Counted from the first letter of the stretch, positions 9,122 to 20,888 are shown. The stretch: DNA of 51,118 nt from Pseudomonadota bacterium (GCA_031425635.1 JANPJT010000019.1:1-51118), one strand, 5' to 3'. Notes: generated by a model not told the origin, from the sequence alone. Program-made: numbers and translations.

Positions 9122-10068
9122 TTTTCTGCCTTTGTTTTCGGCCGGTAGACGCCCAGTGTTTCCAAGGCTTGGTCAGTTTTGGAAAGTCTTGCTTCAACAG
9201 TCCTTGTTTTCGGATTGAGAAAGAAATCAAATTTTTCTTGGAGCAACGACCTGACGTCGGGTTCCAAATCCGTTCTCGCCAGTAGGCTCGATAACGGGTC
9301 GGAGACGGTGGGCGTCTGGCTTTCGAGTTGGGCAAGGCTTGCCGGCTCTCTTTTGTGATCATTTTGGTAAACGTTCAGCCGCTCTTTCCAAAGCGCCTTC
9401 TGGAGATGAAGGTTTAGGCTACGGAGCCGAAGCGTCAGCCTTTGCTTTCCTTCGTCGTCAACGACGGAGTCCCAAAGCTCCAGGGCAGTCTGAAGAGCCG
9501 AAAAGGCTCCCCCCGATTCGCTAAGCAACCTTAGCCCAAGAGAGACTAACCAGGTGGGAGCGTTGGGGAGTTTTGCCGCGAGTAAAATGGAAGGCGCCGC
9601 ACCATCGGCATCTCCCATTTCATGGAAAAGGTGGAACCCTAGGCAGTAGTGGCTGTGCCATTTCAATGGTTCCGCTATCGTCCATTTTTTTAAAAGGTCC
9701 TTTGCCCCTTCCTTATCTCGCCGAAAAATGGACACGAATGCCGCGCCAAACCGGTAGGCGCGGTAGTACCGCGGGTCGAGAGTGATGACCGAGTTGATGG
9801 TAGCGTACTCCCAGCTCACTCCTTCATGATCGATAGGTTCGTGAGATGCGCCCTGCAAAAGCTGAACCCACGATAAATCAGCGAGTACGTTGTCAAACCC
9901 CAGGGAGAACTTACGGAGCGACCTGCTGTAGAATTGCGCAGTCTCAAGCGTGACAACAGGCAACGGTCTTTCAAACTGCTTTGTCTTGGATTCCACGACC
10001 CGCTTGAGCGCCCATAGCGAAAGGGCGGAAAGAAAAAGTACTACCCAAAGTGGAGAGAAGTTTTTCAC
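9118..10068 (-). CDS. Hypothetical membrane-anchored helical (TPR-like?) protein, first gene of the ABC/PilD/ExbBD block
   Basis: 316 aa. N-terminal anchor MKNFSPLWVVLFLSALSLWAL, and the rest looks predominantly helical. Its stop overlaps the ABC ATPase start (ATGA 9118-9121). Confidence 0.55.
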   Translation of the reverse strand: MKNFSPLWVVLFLSALSLWALKRVVESKTKQFERPLPVVTLETAQFYSRSLRKFSLGFDNVLADLSWVQLLQGASHEPIDHEGVSWEYATINSVITLDPRYYRAYRFGAAFVSIFRRDKEGAKDLLKKWTIAEPLKWHSHYCLGFHLFHEMGDADGAAPSILLAAKLPNAPTWLVSLGLRLLSESGGAFSALQTALELWDSVVDDEGKQRLTLRLRSLNLHLQKALWKERLNVYQNDHKREPASLAQLESQTPTVSDPLSSLLARTDLEPDVRSLLQEKFDFFLNPKTRTVEARLSKTDQALETLGVYRPKTKAEK

Positions 10069-10223
10069 GCGCCGCGTTCCAAAAAGTGTTTCTTGAAACG
10101 AAATTTTACTTCGATTAGCGGGCGGTGAGAAGCATTCTCTTGGCGGCGTCTTGCGCGGAGCGCCGATAGCTTAATGCAAGAATCTCAATTGTCTGGTAGT
10201 ACGGAAGATTGTAGGAGGATACC

Positions 10224-11756
10224 TTGGACTTTCCGAAAATTGAATGGGTGGGCAGCAGTGGTGTGGAGTCGAGCGCAACTGCGTTAGGGTTTTTCCAAAC
10301 CGAAGAAAAAGGTAAGGGAAAAAGCGAATCGCCCCTTTTCCTAGGTAAGCGTAGTTCTGCTATCCAAGAGCTCTTGCAGAGGTTGAGCCAATCCAAGCAT
10401 TTTTTGGGAAAGCGTTGTGAGACGGACTTCCTCCGTTTTGTGGAATATTCCAGTTCGGCTGGCGTTCTTCTGGTAGGTCTTGGCCGACGGGAAAAGCTTT
10501 CTCTAGACGCTTTGCGCCGAGTCGGTGCTTGCGTGTACCAAGCGCAAAAGCGAGCTAAACTGGAGAGGCTTTCGATCCATTTAGACAGCTTCATCCCTTC
10601 TGATTTCGCACAGGGAGAAGCGCTCGCGCTACAGTCTTTAGTGGAAGGGTATCTTTTAGCCAGCTACGAGTACTCCGAGTTTAAAGTCAAAAAGGAGACG
10701 GCAAAACCTCCGCGCCTCGATTTGGTAGGGAACAAGAATATCCCTTTGAAAACTGCCGTCGATCGAGCGGAAGGTTTGGTCCGCAGCGTGTGTTTCGCTC
10801 GAACTTTGGGAGATAAGCCGGGGAATGTCTTAACCCCGGCCGAGCTTGCAAAGCTGGTGTCCGAAATGGCTCGCAAACAAAAAATTCGCTGCACGGTATG
10901 GAATAAAGCACAGATAGAGCGAGAGAAGATGGGGCTTTTTTTGGGGGTAGCCAAAGGGTCAGCCGAAGACCCTCGGTTCATTTTGCTTGAGTACCGAGGC
11001 GGTAAGAAGGGCGAGCGTCCGATTGCTTTGGTCGGCAAAGGGATTACGTTCGATACCGGTGGGATATCAATTAAACCCGCCCCCGCCATGGAGGAGATGA
11101 AGTACGACATGATGGGAGCGGCGACTGTGGCGGCTATTTTTCAGGCGGCTGCGGAGCTGAAGCTGAACGTCAATTTAAATGGGTACATTGCGGCGGCGGA
11201 GAATATGCCAAGCAGTACCGCGCAAAAGCCAGGAGACATTCGGACTAGTTCGGGCGGCAAGACGGTAGAAATCACCAATACCGACGCTGAAGGTCGATTG
11301 GTTTTGGCCGACGCCCTTGAGTACGCGCAGAAACACGATCCTCAGGCAATTTTCGATTTTGCGACGCTGACGGGGGCCGTGTTGGTAGCATTGGGGTCGG
11401 TCGCGACAGGGATCATGGGCAACTCGCCGGAGCTTATCGATCGAATGAAGAAGGCGAGCGATTTTACGGGTGAGAAAGTCTGGGAGTTGCCTCTTTTCGA
11501 AGAATACGAAGACGACATGAAGAGCCACTATGCCGACTACCGAAACTCGGGGAGTAGGGACGCCGGGTCGAGCAAGGGCGGGACCTTTCTTAAATTTTTC
11601 GTGGATCCGAAATTCCCTTGGGTGCATTGCGACATTGCTGGAACAGCGTGGAACCGAAAAGACGTGAACTACCACCCGGCAAAGAACGCCTCGGGGGCGA
11701 TGGTTCTCTTGATGGCTCACTTGCTAGAGAACTGGACCCGGATGGGAAAGAGCTAG
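10224..11756 (+). CDS. pepA: Leucyl aminopeptidase (M17 family)
   Basis: 510 aa. VGKGITFDTGGISIKP and NTDAEGRLVLADAL are M17 signature motifs. There is a TTG start with AGGAGG 6 nt upstream. Confidence 0.93.
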   Translation: MDFPKIEWVGSSGVESSATALGFFQTEEKGKGKSESPLFLGKRSSAIQELLQRLSQSKHFLGKRCETDFLRFVEYSSSAGVLLVGLGRREKLSLDALRRVGACVYQAQKRAKLERLSIHLDSFIPSDFAQGEALALQSLVEGYLLASYEYSEFKVKKETAKPPRLDLVGNKNIPLKTAVDRAEGLVRSVCFARTLGDKPGNVLTPAELAKLVSEMARKQKIRCTVWNKAQIEREKMGLFLGVAKGSAEDPRFILLEYRGGKKGERPIALVGKGITFDTGGISIKPAPAMEEMKYDMMGAATVAAIFQAAAELKLNVNLNGYIAAAENMPSSTAQKPGDIRTSSGGKTVEITNTDAEGRLVLADALEYAQKHDPQAIFDFATLTGAVLVALGSVATGIMGNSPELIDRMKKASDFTGEKVWELPLFEEYEDDMKSHYADYRNSGSRDAGSSKGGTFLKFFVDPKFPWVHCDIAGTAWNRKDVNYHPAKNASGAMVLLMAHLLENWTRMGKS

Positions 11757-11793
11757 CGCTTTTATGTAAAAGTGTTGGTATTCTGGCAGCACT

Positions 11794-12288
11794 TTGATGC
11801 GGTCTTTACTCAGTGCGGTCCTTGTTTTTTGTTTGGTGCTGCCGGCCGGTCTGCGCGCCGAGTCAATCGATGACGAATTCACTCACATTAGCCCGAAGCA
11901 TTCTCCGGGGGCAGGGGAGTTTGTCCATGGGCAAGGGTACAACAAAATTCTGTCTCGCATCCTGATGTTTGGCGCAATCCCTCAACAAGGGGTCCACTAT
12001 GTGCCCGAAGGGACCGACTTGCTGTTTGCGATTTTGTATGCGGGAGGCTATTCGCCCGAGACCAAGTTGAACCGAATTTCTATCCGGCGAAAACACATGA
12101 GCGAAACCATTGAAGTGAATTTGGAAGAACTCATCGAAGAGGGTGGCGCCATCCCTAAACTGAAAGACGGAGACATCGTGAATGTCCCGTTCAACTGGCG
12201 CAACGATTACAAAGAATTTCTCTTTTTCACTTCTATTTTTACTTCGATCACCGGCCTAGTCATTTCCATCGCTCTGCTCTCTCGGTAA
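11794..12288 (+). CDS. Secreted SLBB-like (Wza-type soluble-ligand-binding beta-grasp) domain protein with a C-terminal TM helix
   Basis: 164 aa. Signal peptide MMRSLLSAVLVFCLVLPAGLRA. GTDLLFAILYAGGYSP...DGDIVNVP resembles SLBB domains. There is a C-terminal hydrophobic helix. Confidence 0.5.
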   Translation: MMRSLLSAVLVFCLVLPAGLRAESIDDEFTHISPKHSPGAGEFVHGQGYNKILSRILMFGAIPQQGVHYVPEGTDLLFAILYAGGYSPETKLNRISIRRKHMSETIEVNLEELIEEGGAIPKLKDGDIVNVPFNWRNDYKEFLFFTSIFTSITGLVISIALLSR

Positions 12289-12303
12289 GCAAACCACGGA
12301 TTT

Positions 12304-13140
12304 TTACCTGGCGGCTTTTTTGAAATAATACGCCTGCCTTAAACTATCGGTTGGGTAGTCGCGCCCTTCGTTGTATAGTTTTAGCAGAGAGGGTGGGCTT
12401 CCGGTCTCTAGGTGGCGCAGCACGATTTCCCCTGGCTTGAGCTTATTTGCATCGGTGGGCTCCGTCTCAATGTCGTACTCTTCCAGCGTTGAATAGCTTT
12501 CCCATTCTTTGTGGTCCTGAAAGCTGAGTCGTAGGAATCGGCCGTCTATCCAGTAAAATTTTTCTTTACTGTCCACTAGACACTTTCCGTCCGAGCAAAA
12601 CTCGACCTCGCGGTACTGCAAAACGCCTTCCGTTTGGTCGCCGGTCCAGTTCGCCCTACGAACGAACGTCCACTTGCCTTGGAGTGCCGCTTCAAATGCG
12701 GCTATTTTCTTTAACTCCGCTTCTTCCAAAGGCCGCAACTCGACTTTCTTCCAATCCATGCCCAGCTCGGGGCCAGTCCACTTTCGTAAGGGATCGAGCG
12801 GAATGGCAGCGCCCTTAGATTCAAAGAGGATCCCTTGAAGCAACTTCATTCCCTCGGGATCAAGTTTGCCTGGGTGCAAAATATTTGCCACTAGGGGGTA
12901 GTATTTGTCGGTGTCTGCGACCGATTCCGCCGGAACAAACACCCGCCCTTCGGACGTCTTCACTAATTTGCCGATAGGTACCCGAGGCTTTGGGAAAGCC
13001 TTAAACACTTCATTGTTTTTATCCACTTCGGCATAGAAAACGGGTTTGCCACCAAATCGTACTTCAAACACCGGGTCGGCTGCGAACGCTTGAAAGGACG
13101 CTACTAGAGCAATTGCAAAAGAAGTTAGCAGGACCGGCAT
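12304..13140 (-). CDS. Hypothetical secreted protein
   Basis: 278 aa from the ATG at 13140 (MPVLLTSFAIALVASFQAFAADP signal peptide). The longer ORF reaching 13203 is probably an over-extension. Confidence 0.6.
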   Translation of the reverse strand: MPVLLTSFAIALVASFQAFAADPVFEVRFGGKPVFYAEVDKNNEVFKAFPKPRVPIGKLVKTSEGRVFVPAESVADTDKYYPLVANILHPGKLDPEGMKLLQGILFESKGAAIPLDPLRKWTGPELGMDWKKVELRPLEEAELKKIAAFEAALQGKWTFVRRANWTGDQTEGVLQYREVEFCSDGKCLVDSKEKFYWIDGRFLRLSFQDHKEWESYSTLEEYDIETEPTDANKLKPGEIVLRHLETGSPPSLLKLYNEGRDYPTDSLRQAYYFKKAAR

Positions 13141-13225
13141 TGGTACCCCTCGTAAGACAGACCGTTTAGCATAGTTGTCGATAACGAGTCCACACCCGTC
13201 CAAAGTCGAGGCAGGCTAGCTTTGG

Positions 13226-13262
13226 GCAAACAAAAAGGGCCAGCGGTTTCCCACTGGCCCTC
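13226..13262 (-). terminator. Rho-independent terminator of groESL
   Basis: On the minus strand the hairpin is GGGCCAG tgggaaaccg CTGGCCC, followed by TTTTTGTTTG. It lies about 30 nt after the groEL stop. Confidence 0.75.
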
Positions 13263-13293
13263 TTTAAAGGGACGAGTAACGAACGAGAACGAT

Positions 13294-14970
<1,677 letters not shown>

Positions 14971-14991
14971 TTAAAAATTTAAAAAAACTCG

Positions 14992-15279
14992 TTACCCAAC
15001 AATGCCCAAGATGTCGTCTTCACGCATCATGAGGTAGTCAAAACCATCAATTTTGATTTCTGTTCCGGAGTATTTTCCGAAAAGGACTCGGTCACCCTTT
15101 TTTACTTCAAGGGGAACTTTCTTCCCATCTTCCATTACTTTGCCGTTGCCTACGGCAATGACTTCGCCCTGCTGGGGCTTTTCTTTGGCGTTATCGGGAA
15201 TGATAATGCCACCTTTGGTTTTTTCTTCTTCGTCGAACCGTTTTACGATCAGACGATCGTGTAAAGGACGGATGTTCAT
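14992..15279 (-). CDS. groS: Co-chaperonin GroES
   Basis: 95 aa. [14 protein letters not shown]...GGIIIPD is canonical GroES. It lies 36 nt upstream of groEL. Confidence 0.98.
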   Translation of the reverse strand: MNIRPLHDRLIVKRFDEEEKTKGGIIIPDNAKEKPQQGEVIAVGNGKVMEDGKKVPLEVKKGDRVLFGKYSGTEIKIDGFDYLMMREDDILGIVG

Positions 15280-15335
15280 GTTTTTCTCCTCATCCCAGTT
15301 GGTTTTTCAACTTGAACCCTCGAAATTGAGAGCTC

Positions 15336-15349
15336 TTTTAGTACTAAAA
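15336..15349. promoter_or_regulatory. Perfect 14-bp palindrome TTTTAGTACTAAAA in the groES leader (candidate operator), overlapping the 8-bp palindrome AGAGCTCT by 1 nt
   Basis: Positions 15336-15349 are self-complementary, and 15329-15336 AGAGCTCT is also self-complementary. Both lie between the sigma32-like promoter and the groES start. Confidence 0.35.
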
Positions 15350-15362
15350 AACTAGCGCTGTT

Positions 15363-15391
15363 AGATATGGTACTTCTGAGCTTAAAGTCAA
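15363..15391 (-). promoter_or_regulatory. Sigma32-like heat-shock promoter upstream of groES
   Basis: The minus strand reads CTTGACT-N15-CCATATCT (consensus CTTGAA-N13-17-CCCCATnT). A near-identical arrangement is found upstream of dnaK. Confidence 0.4.
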
Positions 15392-15448
15392 GATTTTAGC
15401 GTCTTTTTGCGGCTGCCAGATCGCTGTAAATGCCCTACAATAAAGGCT

Positions 15449-15664
15449 TTACGGGGTTTCACCCGATCCGGTGCCACCCCCTCCGGGCTTTTTGTAATCC
15501 GTGGCATACCAACCACCCCCTTTGAGCTGAAAGCTAGTTCGGGAAAGCAATTTCGCCACGGTGCTGCCACAGGTTGGGCATGTTGAAACCGGGGGGTCCG
15601 AAAATTTTTGAATTATTTCAAGGACCTTCTGGCATTTGGCGCATTCATATTCATATAGTGGCAC
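15449..15664 (-). CDS. FmdB-family zinc-ribbon protein
   Basis: 71 aa. MPLYEYECAKCQ...CPTCGS is the classic FmdB/CxxC_CxxC_SSSS motif, followed by a Gly-rich tail. Confidence 0.85.
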   Translation of the reverse strand: MPLYEYECAKCQKVLEIIQKFSDPPVSTCPTCGSTVAKLLSRTSFQLKGGGWYATDYKKPGGGGTGSGETP

Positions 15665-15732
15665 TGTATCTCCTCATCAGGTGCAGGCACATTTTGGTCA
15701 TCCCGGGGACCGAGTCAAGCACCTCTGACAGG

Positions 15733-15760
15733 TTGACTTCTGAAAGGTCGTTCCCATTTT
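15733..15760 (+). promoter_or_regulatory. Sigma32-like heat-shock promoter upstream of dnaK
   Basis: TTGACT (15733-15738)-N14-CCCATTTT (15753-15760). It ends about 22 nt before the dnaK ATG, which is preceded by a GGAGG Shine-Dalgarno sequence. Confidence 0.4.
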
Positions 15761-15782
15761 GATAATCGGAGGCAGAAATCGG

Positions 15783-17672
15783 ATGGCAAAAATTATTGGA
15801 ATAGATTTAGGGACGACTAACTCTTGCGTCGCGGTCATGGAAGGCGGCGAAGTTAAAGTGATCGCAAACGAAGAAGGGGGTCGGACGACTCCCTCGGTGG
15901 TCGCTTTCACTAAAGACGGTGAAAAGCTGGTTGGGCAGGTCGCGAAGCGCCAGGCAATTACTAACCCTGAGAACACGGTTTACTCCGTGAAACGTTTTAT
16001 GGGCCGCAGGTCCAACGAAGTTTCCTCGGAAGCCAAAATGGTTCCTTATAAAGTAGACTCAGGCGACAAAGGCGAAGCCGTTGTTGAGATCCGAGGTAAA
16101 AAGTTTTCGCCTCCCGAGATTTCCGCTCTCATTCTGCAGAAGCTTAAAAAGTGCGCAGAAGACTACCTAGGGCACGAAGTCACCGAAGCGGTGGTCACGG
16201 TTCCCGCTTATTTTAACGATGCTCAGCGACAAGCGACCAAGGACGCAGGGAAAATCGCCGGCCTTGATGTAAAGCGCATTATTAACGAGCCTACTGCAGC
16301 TGCGCTCGCTTACGGTCTCGATAAGAAGAAAGAGCAAAAGATCGCAGTATACGATTTTGGTGGCGGTACTTTTGACGTGTCGGTCCTCGACGTGGGCGAC
16401 AATGTCGTGGAAGTAAAGTCCACTAATGGCGATACCCATTTAGGTGGCGACGATTTTGATAGCCGGATCATCGATTGGCTGATTGTGGAGTTTAAGAAAG
16501 ATCAAGGGATTGATCTTTCAAAAGACAAGATGGCTCTGCAGCGGCTCAAAGAGGCTTCCGAAAAGGCTAAAATCGAGCTCTCTTCTGCCATGGAAACGGA
16601 AGTAAATCTTCCTTTTATCACGGCCGACGCATCCGGTCCTAAGCACCTGCAGATTAAACTTTCGCGAAGTAAGTTTGAACAGCTCGTAGAAGACTTAGTG
16701 GAGAAGTCGATTGAGCCCTGCCGGCGCGCGCTTAAGGATGCAGGCCTAACAGCTTCCGAAATCGACGAGGTTGTCTTAGTCGGGGGCAGCACACGCATCC
16801 CCAAGATCCAAGAAGCAGTGAAGAAGTTCTTCGGAAAAGAACCCAATCGCAGCGTTAATCCCGACGAAGTGGTCGCAGTCGGTGCGGCTATCCAAGGGGG
16901 TGTGTTGACAGGGCAAGTGAAAGACTTGTTGCTGCTCGACGTAAGCCCTCTGTCCCTCGGGATTGAAACGCTTGGGCATGTGTTTACGAAGCTGATTGAA
17001 CGCAATACGACTATCCCTACGAAAAAGAGCCAAGTGTTTTCGACTGCGGAAGATAACCAGACCACAGTAGAAATCCATGTGCTTCAGGGCGAGCGTGAGA
17101 TGGCGTACGACAACCGCACTTTGGCTCGGTTTCAGTTGACCGGGTTGCCGAGCTCTCCGCGAGGCGTGCCTCAAATTGAGGTGGCTTTTGATATTGATGC
17201 CAACGGGATTGTGCACGTTTCCGCAAAAGATCTGGCAAGCGGCAAAGAACAGTCGGTCAAAATCACGGCGGGTAGCGGCCTTTCGGACGAAGACATCAAG
17301 CGCATGGTCAGCGACGCTGAGAAAAATGCGGAAGAAGACAAGAAAAAACGCGAACGCGTGCAGATGAAAAACAACTTGGATACTTTGGTCTACGGCACCG
17401 AAAAGCAGATTAAGGAAAACGCCGATAAAATCCCAGGCCCCATGAAGGAAGAGTTGGAAGCTGCGATCACGGCGTCGAAGTCGGCTGTCACTGCCGACAA
17501 TTTCGATGAGATGAAAACAGAGTACGATAAGCTGACCGCTCTATCGCATAAAATGGCCGAAGAAATGTACAAGGCGGCGAAACCTTCCGCGGAGCAACCG
17601 CCCGCAGGTGAAAGCGCAAAAAAGGGCGAAGAGCCCATTGAAGCCGAGTTCCGAGAGGAAAAAGGCGAGTAA
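15783..17672 (+). CDS. dnaK: Molecular chaperone DnaK (Hsp70)
   Basis: 629 aa from [22 protein letters not shown] and the other Hsp70 signatures are present. The track ORF starts 24 nt earlier, but ATG 15783 fits the conserved N-terminus. Confidence 0.99.
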   Translation: MAKIIGIDLGTTNSCVAVMEGGEVKVIANEEGGRTTPSVVAFTKDGEKLVGQVAKRQAITNPENTVYSVKRFMGRRSNEVSSEAKMVPYKVDSGDKGEAVVEIRGKKFSPPEISALILQKLKKCAEDYLGHEVTEAVVTVPAYFNDAQRQATKDAGKIAGLDVKRIINEPTAAALAYGLDKKKEQKIAVYDFGGGTFDVSVLDVGDNVVEVKSTNGDTHLGGDDFDSRIIDWLIVEFKKDQGIDLSKDKMALQRLKEASEKAKIELSSAMETEVNLPFITADASGPKHLQIKLSRSKFEQLVEDLVEKSIEPCRRALKDAGLTASEIDEVVLVGGSTRIPKIQEAVKKFFGKEPNRSVNPDEVVAVGAAIQGGVLTGQVKDLLLLDVSPLSLGIETLGHVFTKLIERNTTIPTKKSQVFSTAEDNQTTVEIHVLQGEREMAYDNRTLARFQLTGLPSSPRGVPQIEVAFDIDANGIVHVSAKDLASGKEQSVKITAGSGLSDEDIKRMVSDAEKNAEEDKKKRERVQMKNNLDTLVYGTEKQIKENADKIPGPMKEELEAAITASKSAVTADNFDEMKTEYDKLTALSHKMAEEMYKAAKPSAEQPPAGESAKKGEEPIEAEFREEKGE

Positions 17673-17700
17673 TCGCTCTTTCTCGAAAGTGTCTCCAGGA

Positions 17701-17736
17701 CCGGGCAAGCAAACCTGCTTGCTCGGTCTTTTTTTT
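17701..17736 (+). terminator. Rho-independent terminator of dnaK
   Basis: CCGGGCAAGCA aacc TGCTTGCTCGG forms an 11-bp stem with one G-U pair, followed by TCTTTTTTTT. Confidence 0.85.
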
Positions 17737-17787
17737 GGCTCACCACTCCGTTGACCTTGCCCGACCGCTAGTATTAGGGTGAGGCCC

Positions 17788-19080
17788 ATGAAATACCGAA
17801 TCAGCCACCTCCATTCCCGCGAAGTTTTAGATTCTCGGGGCAACCCCACCATCGAAGTAGAGCTCCAGCTGTCGGATGGCAGTAAAGGGTCTGCGATTGT
17901 CCCGTCCGGCGCTTCCACGGGAATCCACGAGGCGCTTGAGCTTCGGGATGGCGACGCGTCCAGGTATTTGGGCAAGGGCGTTTTGAAAGCGGTCGAAATT
18001 GTCCAGAAGCAAATCGCTCCTCTGGTCGTCGAAAAAGAAATTTCCAGCATCGAGTCCTTGGACCGTTGGATGCTGGAAGCCGATGGAACGCACCAAAAAA
18101 GTAAATTCGGGGGCAATGCGATTTTGGGCGTTTCGCTTGCGTTTTCCCATGCAGTAGCGGCATCTCGAAAGATCCCTCTTTATCAACTGATTGGCGAATG
18201 GATGGGGCGCTCGGCAGCGGAATTTAAGCTCCCTGTGCCTCTCATGAACATTCTCAACGGAGGCGTCCATGCCGATAATGGCCTCGCCATTCAAGAGTTC
18301 ATGGTGGTCCCGCACGGTTTTGAAACGTTTTCTCGGAGCCTTCGGGCAGGCGCCGAGATATTTCACCACCTGAAGAAAATTTTGCACAAAAAAGGCCTTT
18401 CCACCGGCGTCGGAGACGAAGGGGGTTTTGCACCGGCCATGACCTCGAATGAGAAAGCGCTCGATTTGATTTGCGAAGCCATCCAGGCGGCGGGTTACAC
18501 TTTGGGCAAGCAGGTCGCGCTAGCTCTCGACGTCGCCGCAAGTTCCTTCTTTGATACCGAGAGCAAAGTCTATTCCATGGCGGGGGAAAAGTGGGATCGA
18601 AACCGCATGGTCGACTATTACGCAAGCCTCATCGGAAAGTACCCCATCGTCAGTATCGAAGATGGACTCGAAGAAGACGATTGGTCGGGCTGGGCAGCCC
18701 TCACTCAAAAGGTAGGGGCTCGCACCCAGCTTGTCGGGGATGATCTCTTTGTGACTCAGGTCGCGAGGCTTCAAAAAGGAATCGATCAGAGCACTGCGAA
18801 CGCAATCCTCATCAAAGTAAACCAAGTGGGCAGCGTTTCGGAAACCATCCACACGATGAATTTAGCACGGGAAAAAGGGTATGCGTGCGTCGTGTCCCAC
18901 CGTTCTGGCGAAAGCGAAGACGTCACCATCGCTCACCTAGCGGTCGGGAGCGGCTGCGGACAAATCAAAACGGGATCCGCTTCTCGGTCGGAGCGCATCG
19001 CCAAGTACAACGAGTTACTTCGCATCGAAGAGCGCGCGCTTGCTGCTGGCCACAAGATCGGCTACGCGAAGCCTTGGTAG
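17788..19080 (+). CDS. eno: Enolase (phosphopyruvate hydratase)
   Basis: 430 aa from [25 protein letters not shown]. Motifs SHRSGETED-like (SHRSGESED) and IKVNQVGS are present. Confidence 0.98.
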   Translation: MKYRISHLHSREVLDSRGNPTIEVELQLSDGSKGSAIVPSGASTGIHEALELRDGDASRYLGKGVLKAVEIVQKQIAPLVVEKEISSIESLDRWMLEADGTHQKSKFGGNAILGVSLAFSHAVAASRKIPLYQLIGEWMGRSAAEFKLPVPLMNILNGGVHADNGLAIQEFMVVPHGFETFSRSLRAGAEIFHHLKKILHKKGLSTGVGDEGGFAPAMTSNEKALDLICEAIQAAGYTLGKQVALALDVAASSFFDTESKVYSMAGEKWDRNRMVDYYASLIGKYPIVSIEDGLEEDDWSGWAALTQKVGARTQLVGDDLFVTQVARLQKGIDQSTANAILIKVNQVGSVSETIHTMNLAREKGYACVVSHRSGESEDVTIAHLAVGSGCGQIKTGSASRSERIAKYNELLRIEERALAAGHKIGYAKPW

Positions 19081-19115
19081 GTTAACGGGGAGCGAGACTC
19101 GAACCGCCCTTTTCT

Positions 19116-20888
19116 TTGCTACACTCGTTGTGGCAAGATCGGGAGATATTGAAATACCAACTCCGAGATTACCAGCAGACTGCCGTACAGAACGTCGTTC
19201 AATTCTTTCGGCAGAGCAAAGAGCCGGCGGCCGTCGTGCTGCCGACGGGCTCCGGCAAGAGCCTCGTCATTGCGGAGCTTGCGCGCATTGCCAAGGGCAG
19301 GGTGCTTGTGCTGGCCCACGTCAAGGAACTGGTCGAGCAGAACCACGAAAAGTACACTAGCTACGGGCTCACGGCCGGGATTTTTTCTGCAAGCCTGGGC
19401 AAGAAGGACCGAAAGGAAAAAGCCATTTTCGGTAGCGTCCAATCGATTGCGCGGGCGCCGGAGGATTTTTTCGATGATTTCTCTCTCCTTGTCATCGATG
19501 AGTGCCACCGCGTGGGGGACGACAGCGACACGCAGTACCAGGAAGTCATCCGGAAGCTAAGGCTTTGTAACCCGGAGCTTCGCATTTTGGGCCTGACCGC
19601 CACACCGTACCGCTTGGGTTTAGGATGGATCTATGAACGCGCCGAATCCGGGGAGATCCGAACGGAGCAGCCTCGGTTTTTTAAGCAGTGTGTTTTTGAT
19701 CTCCCGCTCTCCTACATGGTGAAAAACCGGTACCTGACGGTCCCGGTCAAAGTGGATATCCCGGTCACGAGCTATAACTTCTCCGAGTTGTCTGAACGCA
19801 ACCGGACCTATTCGGCCGCCGAGGTGGAAGAAATCCTCCAAAGGCAAAAGCAGCTGACTCCTTTGATCATCAAAAACATCATCGACATAACGGAGCGCTA
19901 CCACCGCAAAGGCGTCATGATCTTTAGCGCTTCGGTTCGCCATGCCGAAGAGATCCTTTCGTTTCTGCCGGAAGGCCAGGCGAGGCTCGTGGTAGGTGAT
20001 ACGGATATGGCGGCGCGCGACCGGATTGTCTCGGACTTCAAAGCCGCAAAGTTTAAGTACCTGGTGAATGTCTCAGTACTGACCACCGGATTCGACGCCC
20101 CTCATGTCGACGTGATTGCGATCCTGCGCCCCACCGAATCGAATAGCCTCTACCAGCAGATCGTGGGCCGAGGTTTGCGCCTGTCCCAGGGTAAAAAGGA
20201 CTGTTACATCCTCGACTACACGGGGATGGGGCACGACATTTACGCGCCCGAAATCAGCGATAAGCGTCCCCTCAAGGATACGGTGCCCGTACTCGTGCCG
20301 TGCCCGAGCTGCGGGTTTGAAAACAGTTTCTGGGGGTACGCGGATCCCGACGGGGTGGTACTAGAGCATTTCGGGAGAAAATGCCGCGGCTCAGTGCAGA
20401 ACCCAGTAACCCACGAAGTCACCGCCTGCGGCTACCGATTTCGAATGAAGCTCTGCCACTCGTGTGGGGCTGAAAACGATGTGACGGCGAAGGCCTGCGA
20501 GGGATGCCAGACCGTTTTGGTGGATGCGGAGGCCAAACTAAAGCAGGCTAAGCTATCGAAAAACGCCCACGTCTTGACGCCCGACCGCATTACTTTCGAG
20601 CAGCGGAATGACAAAAACGGAAACCCTTTTCTGGAAATTCGGTACTTCGATTACGACGCCCAGTACTTGAGTGAAGTCCATTTCTTTAGCAACCCAACAT
20701 CGATAAAAAAATTCAACATCAATTTTTTGCGCTCCCATCTCCGGCGGCCGGAGCTCGCTTCCGAATTCAAGCGCCCCGAGGATGTGATTAAGTACCAGCT
20801 GCTTTTTAGGCTGCCTGCTTTTGTGATTGCTAGAAAACAAGATAGGTTTTGGAGGATTACCGAGAAGGTTTTTTCCGAGGAGCTGTAG
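19116..20888 (+). CDS. radD: SF2 DNA repair helicase RadD (YejH-like) with Zn-ribbon region
   Basis: 590 aa. LRDYQQTAV...VLPTGSGKSLVIAELA...VLVLAHVKELVEQN...LLVIDECHRV...LGLTATPYRLG...TTGFDAPHVDVIAILRPTES..YQQIVGRGLR closely tracks my recollection of E. coli RadD. Cys clusters CPSCG, CGYRF and CHSCG...CEGC are present. The start codon is uncertain (TTG at 19116, 19128 or 19149). Confidence 0.8.
   Translation: MLHSLWQDREILKYQLRDYQQTAVQNVVQFFRQSKEPAAVVLPTGSGKSLVIAELARIAKGRVLVLAHVKELVEQNHEKYTSYGLTAGIFSASLGKKDRKEKAIFGSVQSIARAPEDFFDDFSLLVIDECHRVGDDSDTQYQEVIRKLRLCNPELRILGLTATPYRLGLGWIYERAESGEIRTEQPRFFKQCVFDLPLSYMVKNRYLTVPVKVDIPVTSYNFSELSERNRTYSAAEVEEILQRQKQLTPLIIKNIIDITERYHRKGVMIFSASVRHAEEILSFLPEGQARLVVGDTDMAARDRIVSDFKAAKFKYLVNVSVLTTGFDAPHVDVIAILRPTESNSLYQQIVGRGLRLSQGKKDCYILDYTGMGHDIYAPEISDKRPLKDTVPVLVPCPSCGFENSFWGYADPDGVVLEHFGRKCRGSVQNPVTHEVTACGYRFRMKLCHSCGAENDVTAKACEGCQTVLVDAEAKLKQAKLSKNAHVLTPDRITFEQRNDKNGNPFLEIRYFDYDAQYLSEVHFFSNPTSIKKFNINFLRSHLRRPELASEFKRPEDVIKYQLLFRLPAFVIARKQDRFWRITEKVFSEEL

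Noticed and set aside
15330-15375. Possible CIRCE (HrcA operator) upstream of groES
   Set aside because: The best candidate, TTAGTACTA-N9-CGCTGTTAG, matches the left arm 7/9 but the right arm only about 4/9. The region is better described as a different 14-bp palindrome.
19085-19107. tRNA-like T-arm sequence (minus strand GGGCGGTTCGAGTCTCGCTCCCC) between eno and radD
   Set aside because: The flanking 5-nt segments do not form a T-stem, and no acceptor, D or anticodon arms can be folded from the adjacent sequence, which overlaps the radD start. At most it is a degenerate fragment.
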